This document shows positions 10,898 through 20,290 of a DNA stretch of 64,000 bases, one piece after another. Both the position numbers and the translations under genes were made by a program. The stretch comes from an uncultured Bacilli bacterium (GTDB lineage: Bacteria > Bacillota_I > Bacilli_A > RF39 > UBA660). The DNA is taken from NCBI GenBank assembly GCA_947629205.1, contig CANRCV010000004.1, positions 441-64,440 of the forward strand. The letters run 5' to 3'. The notes under the pieces are model-generated. The model did no database searches. It saw only the letters and a list, made by a program, of their open reading frames with translations, and was not told where the DNA came from. Numbering within the stretch: the first letter of the stretch is position 1; each line of letters starts with the position of its first letter.

Positions 10898-11230
10898 ATG
10901 TTAAATTTTGGATTAACCCTTGCCTTTATCTTTACACACCTACTTTTTATTTTTCCTATAAAAAAAATCATACAACAAGAAAAAATGGACAATGATTTTT
11001 TATTTATATATTTAAGTAATTTACTTTTATTATTTGCTTTCTTTTACTACTATTTATTCCTTCCTCATTTGTTTTTAGCTTTTTTTACTGCTTTATTTTT
11101 AATGATTTTTTCTTACTTACTTTTTTATCATACCAAAAACTTATTAGGTCGTTATCAAGTATTAAGTTTTCCCTACTTTTTCTTATGTGTTTTTAATTTT
11201 GCTAATATTTTTGTTTTATATCTCTTCTAA
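10898..11230 (+). CDS. Hypothetical small hydrophobic protein
   Basis: 110 aa ORF with GAGGTGA RBS 6 nt upstream; fills otherwise empty 385 bp gap; very Phe/Leu rich. Confidence 0.35.
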   Translation: MLNFGLTLAFIFTHLLFIFPIKKIIQQEKMDNDFLFIYLSNLLLLFAFFYYYLFLPHLFLAFFTALFLMIFSYLLFYHTKNLLGRYQVLSFPYFFLCVFNFANIFVLYLF

Positions 11231-12115
11231 AGTATTTAAATATTCTTGAAAATAATCAGGTAAAGGACAAGAAAAAGACATTTCTTTTTTAGTAGTAGGA
11301 TGGACAAAAGTAATGGATGCAGAATGTAAAAATTGTCCAACCTCTTTTATTTTTTGTTGTCCATAAACCGGATCATTAAATATAGGATACCCAATATATT
11401 TCATATGTACTCTTATTTGATGTGTTCTTCCTGTTTCTAAATTTAATTTTACTAAGGTATATTCCTTATATCTTTTTAATACTTTTAAATACGTTATAGC
11501 TGGTTTACTATTTAGACTTGTCACCGTCATTTTCTTACGCATGAGTTTATCTCTTCCAATAGGAGCATCAATTTTGGCTTCATTATGAGGAAATACCCCT
11601 TTTAAAAGAGCAATATATTCTTTTTTAACTTGATGCTTTTGAAAATCTAGAGCTAACTTTTCATGAGCTTCATTCGTTTTAGCCACTAACAAAATACCAG
11701 AGGTATCTTTATCAATTCGATGCACAATTCCTGGTCGTAGGGAACCATTTTTATCACTTAAACTTTGGGTGTAATACAAAAGTCCATTTGCAAGCGTATG
11801 ATCGGGATTCCCATTTCCCGGATGAACTACTAACCCAGTTGGTTTATTAATCACTAAAAGATCTTGATCTTCATATAAAATATCTAAATCCATTTTAGTA
11901 GGAATTAAATTTGTTTCTTCCTCATACTCTTTTATTATTTGAATATGATCCGTATCCGTAGGAACATAGCTTGGTTTTACAATATTCCCATTTACTTTAA
12001 TACAGCCATCTTTTAACATTTTGGTAACTTTACTACGAGAATAAGATAATTGATCACTTAACACTTTATCAATACGTTCTTTATTTTCTTTTAGAATCAA
12101 TTCTTTCATGTTCAT
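11216..12115 (-). CDS. rluD: RluA-family 23S rRNA pseudouridine synthase (RluD-like)
   Basis: 299 aa; S4 domain plus HRIDKDTSGILLVAK catalytic motif. Confidence 0.85.
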   Translation of the reverse strand: MNMKELILKENKERIDKVLSDQLSYSRSKVTKMLKDGCIKVNGNIVKPSYVPTDTDHIQIIKEYEEETNLIPTKMDLDILYEDQDLLVINKPTGLVVHPGNGNPDHTLANGLLYYTQSLSDKNGSLRPGIVHRIDKDTSGILLVAKTNEAHEKLALDFQKHQVKKEYIALLKGVFPHNEAKIDAPIGRDKLMRKKMTVTSLNSKPAITYLKVLKRYKEYTLVKLNLETGRTHQIRVHMKYIGYPIFNDPVYGQQKIKEVGQFLHSASITFVHPTTKKEMSFSCPLPDYFQEYLNTLEEI

Positions 12116-12560
12116 CTTCTCCTTTCACAATGGCAATAATTAAAAGTAGTACTCCAATCACGATAAAGGTATCTGCAAAATTAAAAATAGGATATTGGTA
12201 ATTCCAAAATCGAAAAGATAAAAAATCTCTTACGTACCCTAAAAAGACACGATCCATTAAATTTCCTACAATTCCACCTAAAATGAGTCCAAAAGCTAAA
12301 GTATTTCTTTTATTTAATTTAAAATGATACATAAAACGATAAATAATAAAAATAGCCAGTAAAGAAGCAAGAATTAAAAAATCTACTTTACTTGCAAGTA
12401 TACTCCATGCTGCTCCATTATTTTCAATAAAATGAAGAGAAAAAAAGTGGGGAATCACTACCCATTTTTCATCCAATGCAAAAAAAAGACCAATCAAAAT
12501 TTTTGTAGCTTGATCCACAACTAAAGCTAAAATAGAAATTAAAAATATTTTTCGATTCAT
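12081..12560 (-). CDS. lspA: Lipoprotein signal peptidase II
   Basis: 159 aa, 4 TM; NxGAAW and FNFAD motifs. Confidence 0.85.
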   Translation of the reverse strand: MNRKIFLISILALVVDQATKILIGLFFALDEKWVVIPHFFSLHFIENNGAAWSILASKVDFLILASLLAIFIIYRFMYHFKLNKRNTLAFGLILGGIVGNLMDRVFLGYVRDFLSFRFWNYQYPIFNFADTFIVIGVLLLIIAIVKGEDEHERIDSKRK

Positions 12561-12598
12561 ACTATCCTCTTCTATTGGTATTATAGCAAGAAAAAGTT

Positions 12599-12817
12599 TT
12601 AAATTTCAACCAATATTACATCTTCTCCTATTTTTTTTATCTGTTTCATACTAATATTAACCTCTCCATTTTTCCAAAAACGAAACCATTTTCTTGGTTC
12701 TACTACAAAATAATTTATACTACCCGTTGCATCAATTTCAATATCTACAATTCTTCCTAACTTTCGTCCATCAACTAAACTAACGACATCTTTGGCTTGT
12801 AAATCCGAAACACGCAA
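12599..12817 (-). CDS. ylmC: PRC-barrel protein YlmC/YmxH family
   Basis: Track ORF trimmed to TTG start preceded by AAGGTGG; VSDLQAKDVVSLVDGRKLGRIVDIEID matches YlmC/YmxH. Confidence 0.6.
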   Translation of the reverse strand: MRVSDLQAKDVVSLVDGRKLGRIVDIEIDATGSINYFVVEPRKWFRFWKNGEVNISMKQIKKIGEDVILVEI

Positions 12818-12866
12818 TATAACCACCTTTTTACAATGTATGAAAAAGAATAAAAAAAAGAACAAA

Positions 12867-13313
12867 TTATTTTGTTCCTGTTGAACCAAATCCACCTTCT
12901 CCTCTTTCGGTATTTTCTAACTCTTCCACTAATTGAAATTCAGCTTTTAAATAAGGAGCAATGATAAATTGAGCTATTCTTTCATTTGGTTCAATACTTT
13001 GCAACTCTTCACTATGATTATGTAGGGCAACCATAACCTCTCCACGATAATCTGAGTCAACAACTCCTACTTTATTAGCAGGTGCTAAATGTCTTTTACT
13101 AGCAAGTCCACTTCTAGCATAAATAAATCCAGCATATCCAGATGGGATTTCAAAAGAAAGTCCAGTTGGTACTAACTTTGTTTCATGGGGATTAAAACTT
13201 AAAGTTTCCTCTATACAAGCATAAAGATCTGCTCCTGCTGCAAATTCAGTTCCATAGGTTGGAATTTTGGCATTTTCTTTCAATTTTTTGACATTTACTT
13301 TTTCACAATTCAT
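12867..13313 (-). CDS. dut: dUTP diphosphatase
   Basis: 148 aa; trimeric dUTPase motifs AAGADL, RSGLA, SDYRGEV, GERIAQ, C-terminal GGFGSTG. Confidence 0.9.
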   Translation of the reverse strand: MNCEKVNVKKLKENAKIPTYGTEFAAGADLYACIEETLSFNPHETKLVPTGLSFEIPSGYAGFIYARSGLASKRHLAPANKVGVVDSDYRGEVMVALHNHSEELQSIEPNERIAQFIIAPYLKAEFQLVEELENTERGEGGFGSTGTK

Positions 13314-13353
13314 TTTTCTTACCTCGTCTCTTTATTCATTATAACAAAAAAAT

Positions 13354-14130
13354 TTATTTTATTAAACGTTTTACGTTACTAATTGCATTTTTTTCGATAC
13401 GAGAGACTTGAGCTTGCGAAATTCCTAAAGATTCTGCTATTTCCATTTGGGTTTTGCCAATAATAAAACGAGAGATTAAAACATTTCTTTCTCTTTCTTT
13501 AATTTTACTAATAGCTCTTCTTAAAGAAATTAACATATCGGTATCTTTATTTAATTGCTTCTTGTCTGCAATTTGATCTAGTAAATAAATAGTATCTCCT
13601 CCATCATTATAGATCGGTTCAAAAATACTCATAGGTTCTTTTAAAGAATCCAAAGCATAATTAATTTGATATTCATCAATAGAAAGTACTTTAGCAATTT
13701 CTTGATTAGTTGGTTCTATTCCTTTTTCTTTTAAATACTCTTCTTTGTATTTAATAATTTGATAAGCTAAATCTTTAATACTACGACTTACACGAATGGG
13801 CGTATTGTCTCTTATGTATCTTTTGATTTCTCCAACAATTAAAGGACAAGCATAGGTGGATAGTTTTAAATCATACGATAAATCAAAATTATCAATGGCT
13901 TTGGTAAGACCAATGACTCCTACTTGAAATAAATCATCCATATTATACTTTTCTTTGTTAAAACGTTTTAAAATACTTAAAACTAATTTTAAATTTCCTA
14001 AAATTAATTCTTCTTTGGCACTTTTATCCCCTGCTTGATACTTTTTAAATAATTCATTCATTTCACTTTGTTTTAAAACTTTAATCGTATTCGTATTTAA
14101 ATTGGTAATATCTACTTTGTATTTACTCAT
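13354..14130 (-). CDS. sigG: Sporulation sigma factor, SigG-like (forespore late)
   Basis: 258 aa; MSKYKVDI...ILGNLKLVLSILKRFNK...DDLFQVGVIGLTKAIDNFDL...FEPIYNDGGD...GKTQMEIAESLGISQAQVSRIEK aligns closely with B. subtilis SigG. Confidence 0.75.
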   Translation of the reverse strand: MSKYKVDITNLNTNTIKVLKQSEMNELFKKYQAGDKSAKEELILGNLKLVLSILKRFNKEKYNMDDLFQVGVIGLTKAIDNFDLSYDLKLSTYACPLIVGEIKRYIRDNTPIRVSRSIKDLAYQIIKYKEEYLKEKGIEPTNQEIAKVLSIDEYQINYALDSLKEPMSIFEPIYNDGGDTIYLLDQIADKKQLNKDTDMLISLRRAISKIKERERNVLISRFIIGKTQMEIAESLGISQAQVSRIEKNAISNVKRLIK

Positions 14131-14190
14131 ATAAAAACTCCTTTCATAGTTGTTTTGCTAAAAAAAGAGTTTTTTTATTCATAGCAAAAT

Positions 14191-14212
14191 AAAAAGACCA
14201 AAAGGTCCTTTT
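14191..14212 (-). terminator. Probable intrinsic terminator after deoD
   Basis: Imperfect hairpin GACC-AAAA-GGTC with A/T extension, followed on minus strand by a U-rich run; overlaps deoD stop. Confidence 0.4.
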
Positions 14213-14963
14213 ATTTGATGATTGATTCTAAGGCTAAAGTGATGGATGCATTTAATGATTTTTCTCGGTCTTCGGGACTCATAAAAACATCACTAAATTT
14301 ACTATCCACAACCGTTAAGATACAAGAGGCTTGTTTATCGAAAGAAGAAGCAATATGGAATAATGCAAATGCTTCCATTTCTTCAGCAATAACACGAATA
14401 TTTTTAGGAACTCTAGAAAGGACATGTTCATTATCGCTGTAAAAACCAAATTGTTCGGTTGTCATAACGGTTCCTGTTTGCACCGTATAATTAAGTTCTT
14501 GAGCTGTTTTTAAAATAGTATTTTTTAATTCTATACTAGGATAAGCTACATGAGTAGGATCCCCATTGTAAGAATAAGCAAAGTTTCCTTCCGTATAACT
14601 ACTTGTAACAACAACCAAATCAGGGACATTTAATTCTTTTACTAATCCACCACAAGTTCCTACACGAACGATTTTTTCTACTCCAAAAAAGTAGAAAAGT
14701 TCAAACGCATAAATACTCATACTAGGCATTCCCATTCCTGAACCCATAACAGTTACTCTTACATTCTTATACATTCCTGTAAAAATAAACATGTTTCTTG
14801 TATCACTTACTAGTTTCGCATCACTTAGGAAGTTTTCAGCAATATATTTTGCTCTTAATGGATCTCCTGGCATCACAACAATTGGTGCAATTTCTTCTTT
14901 TGAACATTCAATATGAGCAGGTTTAATATGCTCCAAAACTTTTGGTGCCTTCACAATAATCAC
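14211..14963 (-). CDS. deoD: Purine nucleoside phosphorylase, DeoD type
   Basis: 250 aa; MPGDPLRAKYIAE, GMGMPSMSIYAFEL, VRVGTCGG, EMEAFAL motifs of PNP family 1. Confidence 0.85.
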   Translation of the reverse strand: MIIVKAPKVLEHIKPAHIECSKEEIAPIVVMPGDPLRAKYIAENFLSDAKLVSDTRNMFIFTGMYKNVRVTVMGSGMGMPSMSIYAFELFYFFGVEKIVRVGTCGGLVKELNVPDLVVVTSSYTEGNFAYSYNGDPTHVAYPSIELKNTILKTAQELNYTVQTGTVMTTEQFGFYSDNEHVLSRVPKNIRVIAEEMEAFALFHIASSFDKQASCILTVVDSKFSDVFMSPEDREKSLNASITLALESIIK

Positions 14964-15083
14964 TCCTTATTATTCCATTTTTAATATAACAAAAAAAAGT
15001 AAAGTTATGAATAATTTTACTTTATTTTTACTCTTCTTTACTTAAATTTTACATTCTATTATTTTACATAATATTGACTTTTC

Positions 15084-16268
15084 TTATTCATCAATATGTT
15101 TGTCATACTCTATATCTGCTATTTCATAGTGTTGATTATTACCAATAAAACTTAAAATCTTGGTAGCAATCCATCCTACTAAAGCTAGAGCAAAGAAATA
15201 CACAAAACCAAAAATAGTAAATGTTGGAGCAGAATCGGTGATAAGTCCAATAATGGATGCTCCAGCACTCATACTAGTAACAATGGTTAGGCTATCAATA
15301 GATTTATTGGTAACATCACTTTTTAAACTAGAAAATAATTTTTGAGCAGATGACACGTACGTTTGCGTCATATCCCATAAATATTTAATATAATCTAAAG
15401 TATCACGTAATGTTTCAAAACGATATCCAGAAATAGCTAAAAATTCTGTTAATTCTTTATCACTCTTAGCAATTCTTTCACGAGTAGAAATATACGTACC
15501 CATTTGATTAATTCTTCCATCGATTAAGTTAATTGTTTTGGCATATCCTTCTAGTTTACTATTAAACTTAACGATATCTGCCCCCTTAACATGAGCATTT
15601 TCTTTAACTTTATCAATTTTTTCCCAAATAATACGATGAAGATTTAAATAGCGATGCATTTGGCCTTTAAATTCACGTATAAAAATTTGTTCTTCAATAT
15701 ATTTTTCGATTTTATCTAAAGAAGACTTTTTATTATTAATAAAATAATATTTATCTCCTCTTACAACATCATAGCGATCATTATTAAATTCAAAATATTT
15801 TTGTTTTTCAGTTCTCGAAAGTAAATCCGCAATATTTTCTTTCGTTGCTTTATCAATCACAATAAAATAGGGATAAACAGTTTCAATATGAGCAAGTTCT
15901 TTAGGAACTGGAGCTCCTAAACTAAATAGATAATTAAAAGCTGGAGATAGTTTATTTTCATAATAATCAGTAACTTTTTCTAAATCTGCAAATAAAGTAT
16001 TTTCACTAACATGATGATTATTCAAACAAATTAAACCATCTTCATAAATTTTAACGGATATATCATAAGCAGTCGTAAACTCAATAAATTCTTCTCCATC
16101 TACTCCATAATCAATTTTACCAATCGCTAATTCTTTACGATAATTTAATAATTTATCATGATCCAAATCTAATTTTGTTCTAGCTTCTCTTAAAAAATCA
16201 TAGATTTCTGTTAATTGTAACATGGTTCTTTGAAACCAACCACCTATATATACATTTGATATTTTCAT
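15084..16268 (-). CDS. Hypothetical protein with C-terminal pair of TM helices
   Basis: 394 aa; large soluble N-domain then two TM segments; immediately downstream of GNAT gene, probably co-transcribed. Confidence 0.5.
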   Translation of the reverse strand: MKISNVYIGGWFQRTMLQLTEIYDFLREARTKLDLDHDKLLNYRKELAIGKIDYGVDGEEFIEFTTAYDISVKIYEDGLICLNNHHVSENTLFADLEKVTDYYENKLSPAFNYLFSLGAPVPKELAHIETVYPYFIVIDKATKENIADLLSRTEKQKYFEFNNDRYDVVRGDKYYFINNKKSSLDKIEKYIEEQIFIREFKGQMHRYLNLHRIIWEKIDKVKENAHVKGADIVKFNSKLEGYAKTINLIDGRINQMGTYISTRERIAKSDKELTEFLAISGYRFETLRDTLDYIKYLWDMTQTYVSSAQKLFSSLKSDVTNKSIDSLTIVTSMSAGASIIGLITDSAPTFTIFGFVYFFALALVGWIATKILSFIGNNQHYEIADIEYDKHIDE

Positions 16269-16284
16269 ACATCTAATCTCCTTT

Positions 16285-16719
16285 TTAAATATCTATACTA
16301 AAGAATGTAGAATCATCAGGAACAAATCCAAATTTTTTATAACAGGTATGAGCAGGAATACGAAAATTTCTACTCCATAGTTTCATAGCAGTACAATTAT
16401 GATTCTTACATATATTTTGTACGACTTCTAACATTTTGGTTGCAATGTGATGCTTACGATACTCCGGTTTTACACAAACATGATTTAAGATAGCATAGGT
16501 ATTCATATCTTCAAAAATTGTCGGTATAATAGCAATTCTTGTATGAGCAATAATTTTATCATCTAATTTTCCTACTACATATATTTGATTACGATCTTTG
16601 TATTCTTGAAAAAGTTCTATTGCTTCTTCATACTTTGTTTCTTCTTCAAAACATTCATTACATAAATCTACAATTCCTCGTATATCAGCAACTGTTGCAA
16701 TTTGAAATTCGACATTCAT
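16285..16719 (-). CDS. GNAT-family N-acetyltransferase
   Basis: 144 aa; acetyl-CoA binding-like segment (HHIATKMLEVV); RBS GAGGTG 9 nt upstream. Confidence 0.7.
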   Translation of the reverse strand: MNVEFQIATVADIRGIVDLCNECFEEETKYEEAIELFQEYKDRNQIYVVGKLDDKIIAHTRIAIIPTIFEDMNTYAILNHVCVKPEYRKHHIATKMLEVVQNICKNHNCTAMKLWSRNFRIPAHTCYKKFGFVPDDSTFFSIDI

Positions 16720-16740
16720 TTTGAATCACACCTCTACTAT

Positions 16741-16772
16741 TTTAAGTTTATAACCCCCCCCCCGTGTGTCAA
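16741..16772 (-). promoter_or_regulatory. Putative sigmaA promoter of GNAT gene with poly(G) in the spacer
   Basis: Minus strand TTGACA(16772..16767)-CAC-G10-T-TATAAA(16752..16747); spacer 14 nt in the sequenced state, 17 nt if the tract were G13. Confidence 0.45.
16754..16763 (-). repeat. Homopolymeric G10 tract (C10 on + strand) in promoter spacer
   Basis: Ten consecutive C on + strand in an otherwise ~28% GC region. Confidence 0.9.
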
Positions 16773-16804
16773 TTAAAGATAAACTATATTTGTAAAATAA
16801 TGTA

Positions 16805-16836
16805 AAATAAAAAAATTCAATTTTATATATTGAATT
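16805..16836 (-). terminator. Intrinsic terminator downstream of endA-like gene
   Basis: aaaaattcaat-tttatat-attgaattttt perfect 11-bp stem flanked by A/T runs. Confidence 0.55.
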
Positions 16837-16856
16837 TTTTAATAGTTATACTTATT

Positions 16857-17564
16857 TTATTCTTTTATCTTGCTCTCTCCAGTTTTATAATCAATTTCTA
16901 CTCCATCTTCTACATTATAAATAAAAACATATATGGATAAAGAAGAACCCCTATCTTCTAAAGAAGATGCTTCTAATAAAACACCATTAGCTAGAAGGTT
17001 ATCATTTTCATAAACGGGTGTAACACGATACAAAACATGATTTTTAGTAGCTTTTATATACTCAGCCACTTGATTTTCAAAAGGAAGCATTCCTTTTGTA
17101 TTCATCTGTCTTGTACAAGTAATTAAGTTTTTGATATTGGCATTTTCTCCTGTTAGTTGATAACCTATTAAGTGACAACGATTATATAAATATTTACCAT
17201 CTACAAAATCATACTTAATTGTATGCCATCCACTAGGTTTAATTGAACCAATACTTTCTCGATCTTTGGTAGGCATTAAATCAAGACCAATATTGGCCAT
17301 TGCCCTTTGAGCTCTATTTAAAGAATCTAGTTCACTATACATTTCAAAAGATGTTGTATTTTGATAGTCTTCTTCTGTAAAATTTGGTTGATTATCATTT
17401 ATAACAACATAGTTTTCTTCCTTATAAGCAGGAATCTCTTCTAATGCATAAGAAGGAGTAACCTTCTTTTGTTGATTGTAATACTCTACTCCTACAAGTA
17501 AGAGAAGAACAATCAAACTAGCAATCAAACTTTTTCTTTTTCTTTTACTCATTTTACACCTCAC
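16857..17564 (-). CDS. endA: Membrane-anchored DNA-entry nuclease (EndA-like DNA/RNA non-specific endonuclease)
   Basis: 235 aa; N-terminal TM anchor; PSGWH, NRCHLIGYQLTG, VLYRVTPVYEN, IDYKTGE align with S. pneumoniae EndA (PPGWH, DRGHLLGYALIG, LDYRTGE). Confidence 0.75.
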   Translation of the reverse strand: MRCKMSKRKRKSLIASLIVLLLLVGVEYYNQQKKVTPSYALEEIPAYKEENYVVINDNQPNFTEEDYQNTTSFEMYSELDSLNRAQRAMANIGLDLMPTKDRESIGSIKPSGWHTIKYDFVDGKYLYNRCHLIGYQLTGENANIKNLITCTRQMNTKGMLPFENQVAEYIKATKNHVLYRVTPVYENDNLLANGVLLEASSLEDRGSSLSIYVFIYNVEDGVEIDYKTGESKIKE

Positions 17565-18277
17565 AAATATTGAAATACATTTCCTAAAGAATCATGAATA
17601 ACAATGTCAGCAAGTGTATCAAAAGATGTACTATCTTTATTAATTAACACTAAATTTTTACCTCTAAAATAATTTATTAACCCACTTGCTGGATATACAC
17701 GTAAACTCGTTCCTGCAACAATTAAGACCTCGGCTTTTTGAATACTTTCTATGGCTTTTGTTAGTATTTCATTATCTAAACTTTCTTCGTATAAAACAAC
17801 ATCTGGTTTTATAATACCTCCACAACTACATCTAGGAATATCTAATGCATCAAATACACTTTCGGCAGGATAAAATTTTTTACAATTCATACAATAATTT
17901 CTTAAAATACTGCCATGTAATTCTAAAACGTTTTGAGCCCCAGCCGTACTATGTAAACCATCAATATTTTGAGTAATAATGGCTTTTAATTTACCAAGAC
18001 GTTCTAATTCTGCTAATTTAATATGCGTAATATTTGGTTGAACACCTAAAGAATTCATTTTATCTTTATAAAATTTATAAAACTCTTTTGGATTGTTCAT
18101 AAAAAAAGTATGACTTAAAATTTCTTCTGGTGGAAACTTATAGTTTTGGTTATACAAACCATCTTTGCTACGAAAATCAGGAATTCCTGATTCTGTTGAA
18201 ACCCCTGCTCCTCCAAAAAAGACAATGTTTTCACATTCTTTTATAATTTCTTTTAATTTTTGAACCTCTTCTGTCAA
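17561..18277 (-). CDS. cobB: NAD-dependent protein deacylase, Sir2 family
   Basis: 238 aa; GAGVSTESGIPDFRS, Zn-ribbon CxxC...CxxC, QNIDGLH. Confidence 0.85.
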   Translation of the reverse strand: MTEEVQKLKEIIKECENIVFFGGAGVSTESGIPDFRSKDGLYNQNYKFPPEEILSHTFFMNNPKEFYKFYKDKMNSLGVQPNITHIKLAELERLGKLKAIITQNIDGLHSTAGAQNVLELHGSILRNYCMNCKKFYPAESVFDALDIPRCSCGGIIKPDVVLYEESLDNEILTKAIESIQKAEVLIVAGTSLRVYPASGLINYFRGKNLVLINKDSTSFDTLADIVIHDSLGNVFQYL

Positions 18278-18289
18278 TGAAAAAACCTC

Positions 18290-18727
18290 CTATTTTTTGA
18301 ATACTTGATTTTCAAAATAAACCTCTTCTAAAAAAACAGGTTCTTGATACATAGTACCTAAAACAGCTAATAAGTAAGCATTAAATTCAAAATCACTTAT
18401 TTCTTGATAACCATTTTTTAAAAGAAAATCTAGTAAATTCTCTTGATAAGAAAACTGAGAAAAGGTTAAATCGACTAAGTAATACGTATTATTATTTGGT
18501 ATTAAAATAAAATGATGTTCATAAGAAAAACCTAAATCCAAAGTATTTATTACTTTACATGGAATATGTTGTTTTAATAATTCTTGATACAAAAAACTAC
18601 TATATATTTTACAAGTTCTTTCTTCTGTTAAATGGTTTAAATCTTCTTTTACTTTCTTTATAGAAGTTATTATTTCTTCTTCTAAATTAATCCCTGTAAT
18701 ATTGGTCATTTTTGAAAATAAATCCAT
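18290..18727 (-). CDS. Hypothetical protein
   Basis: Track ORF trimmed to internal Met with AAGGAG RBS to remove 43-nt overlap with upstream gene; no family recognised. Confidence 0.45.
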   Translation of the reverse strand: MDLFSKMTNITGINLEEEIITSIKKVKEDLNHLTEERTCKIYSSFLYQELLKQHIPCKVINTLDLGFSYEHHFILIPNNNTYYLVDLTFSQFSYQENLLDFLLKNGYQEISDFEFNAYLLAVLGTMYQEPVFLEEVYFENQVFKK

Positions 18728-18744
18728 ATTGTTTAACTCCTTTA

Positions 18745-20151
18745 TTATAGTATACCAAAAAGTAAATCCTTCTGCATACGTAAACAAATTCTTTCTCGAT
18801 AATTTTTATGAAGAATTTTTTGAATTTCTAAAACTTGATTCGTAATAAGATGATCTACTCCATAAGAAGCCATTTCTAATGCTATATCTTCTTGATCCAC
18901 TGTCCAAGCAAATATTTCTTTATTTTCTTTATGTACTTTTTTTACTACACTTTCATCAATTCCTTGATAATGAATACTAAAGGCATCTACCTCTTTATAG
19001 TTTTCAAAATCTAGGGGAAGTTCATTTGTTGTATAACCTATTTTTAAATTAGGATAAAGTTCTTTTACAGTCATTAAATAACTATAGTTAAAAGAGGTAA
19101 TAATGGCTTTATTTTCTAAATGGTATTGGTAGACTAAAGATCCAATTTCTTGTTCAAATGAGGTTCCTTCTTTTTTTGTTTTTAATTCAATATTGACTTT
19201 TAAATGATTCTTTTTGACAAAATTTAAAACCTCTTCTAGTAAGGGTATATGTTCTTCCATATTTTTATAAACTCCTACATTTATGGTTTTTAATTCTTCA
19301 TAAGTAAGATCCCAAAGCGTTTGATTAAGAAGGGCTGTTCGATTTAAATTTCCATCATGAGAAACAACAAGTTGATTGTCCTTAGTTTGCCATACATCTA
19401 GTTCTATAAAATCTGCTCCCGCTTCTTTAGCTTTTTGAAAAGAGGTTAAGGTATTTTCAGGAGCAATAGAGGAATACCCACGATGTCCTTCAATAAAGGG
19501 AATTTTATAATTTTTATTCCAATTCATTTTGGAAAAACTAAAAATATCAAGGAATAAAAACACAAGGAAAAAAGCAATTGTTTTTCTCTTATCAATCAAA
19601 AAGAAGATTTTTTCCTCTTTATTTATTTGCTTGTTGTATAAAGGAACAAATAAGAAAAGAAGAATTTGTAAAAAAATACACCAATAACATATTCCACATA
19701 AAAAATTAAAAAGAAAAAGCAAAAGAAAAAAGGAAATTTGAGCAATTCTTTCTTCTTTATCAAAAGAATTTTTAATAAAAGTGATTAAATAAAATAGAAA
19801 ATAAAGAAAAACAATATACTTAAATACATTTAAAAAGCGATTTAAAAAATCTGGAGCTGTAAAAGTAAGAAACGAATGAAAAAATAAAACAGAAACACAA
19901 GTTGGAAAAGAAAAATAAAATTCCTTTTCTAAAAGATAGGACCAACTCTTTTTTTCTTCTTTTTTATCTAAAGCAAAAAGAAAATGGGTGTAGAATAAAA
20001 AAGGAAAAAATAACAAAAACGTATAAATTCCTCCCACATATACATTGCGAATATAAAATAAAAGAGAATAGAAAAAAGTATAAACTAAACCAAAACCAAA
20101 AGTTATGATTAGTTCTTTTAAAAAATAGTTTACAAATTTATTATCTTTCAT
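18745..20151 (-). CDS. Membrane protein with C-terminal glycerophosphodiester phosphodiesterase domain
   Basis: 468 aa; ~6 TM N-terminal region then GDPD motifs EGHRGYSSIAPENT...ELDVWQTKDNQLVVSHD. Confidence 0.8.
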   Translation of the reverse strand: MKDNKFVNYFLKELIITFGFGLVYTFFYSLLFYIRNVYVGGIYTFLLFFPFLFYTHFLFALDKKEEKKSWSYLLEKEFYFSFPTCVSVLFFHSFLTFTAPDFLNRFLNVFKYIVFLYFLFYLITFIKNSFDKEERIAQISFFLLLFLFNFLCGICYWCIFLQILLFLFVPLYNKQINKEEKIFFLIDKRKTIAFFLVFLFLDIFSFSKMNWNKNYKIPFIEGHRGYSSIAPENTLTSFQKAKEAGADFIELDVWQTKDNQLVVSHDGNLNRTALLNQTLWDLTYEELKTINVGVYKNMEEHIPLLEEVLNFVKKNHLKVNIELKTKKEGTSFEQEIGSLVYQYHLENKAIITSFNYSYLMTVKELYPNLKIGYTTNELPLDFENYKEVDAFSIHYQGIDESVVKKVHKENKEIFAWTVDQEDIALEMASYGVDHLITNQVLEIQKILHKNYRERICLRMQKDLLFGIL

Positions 20152-20290
20152 ACTGCCACCTTTTATTTCATTATAAAAAAAATTTTTAATTTACACAATC
20201 TAAAATTAGTATGTAAAAAAGAAAAAAACATATACAAACGCCCAGCACCTTCAAAAAAGTAGGAATAGATTATAAAAGTAAGGAGCGATT

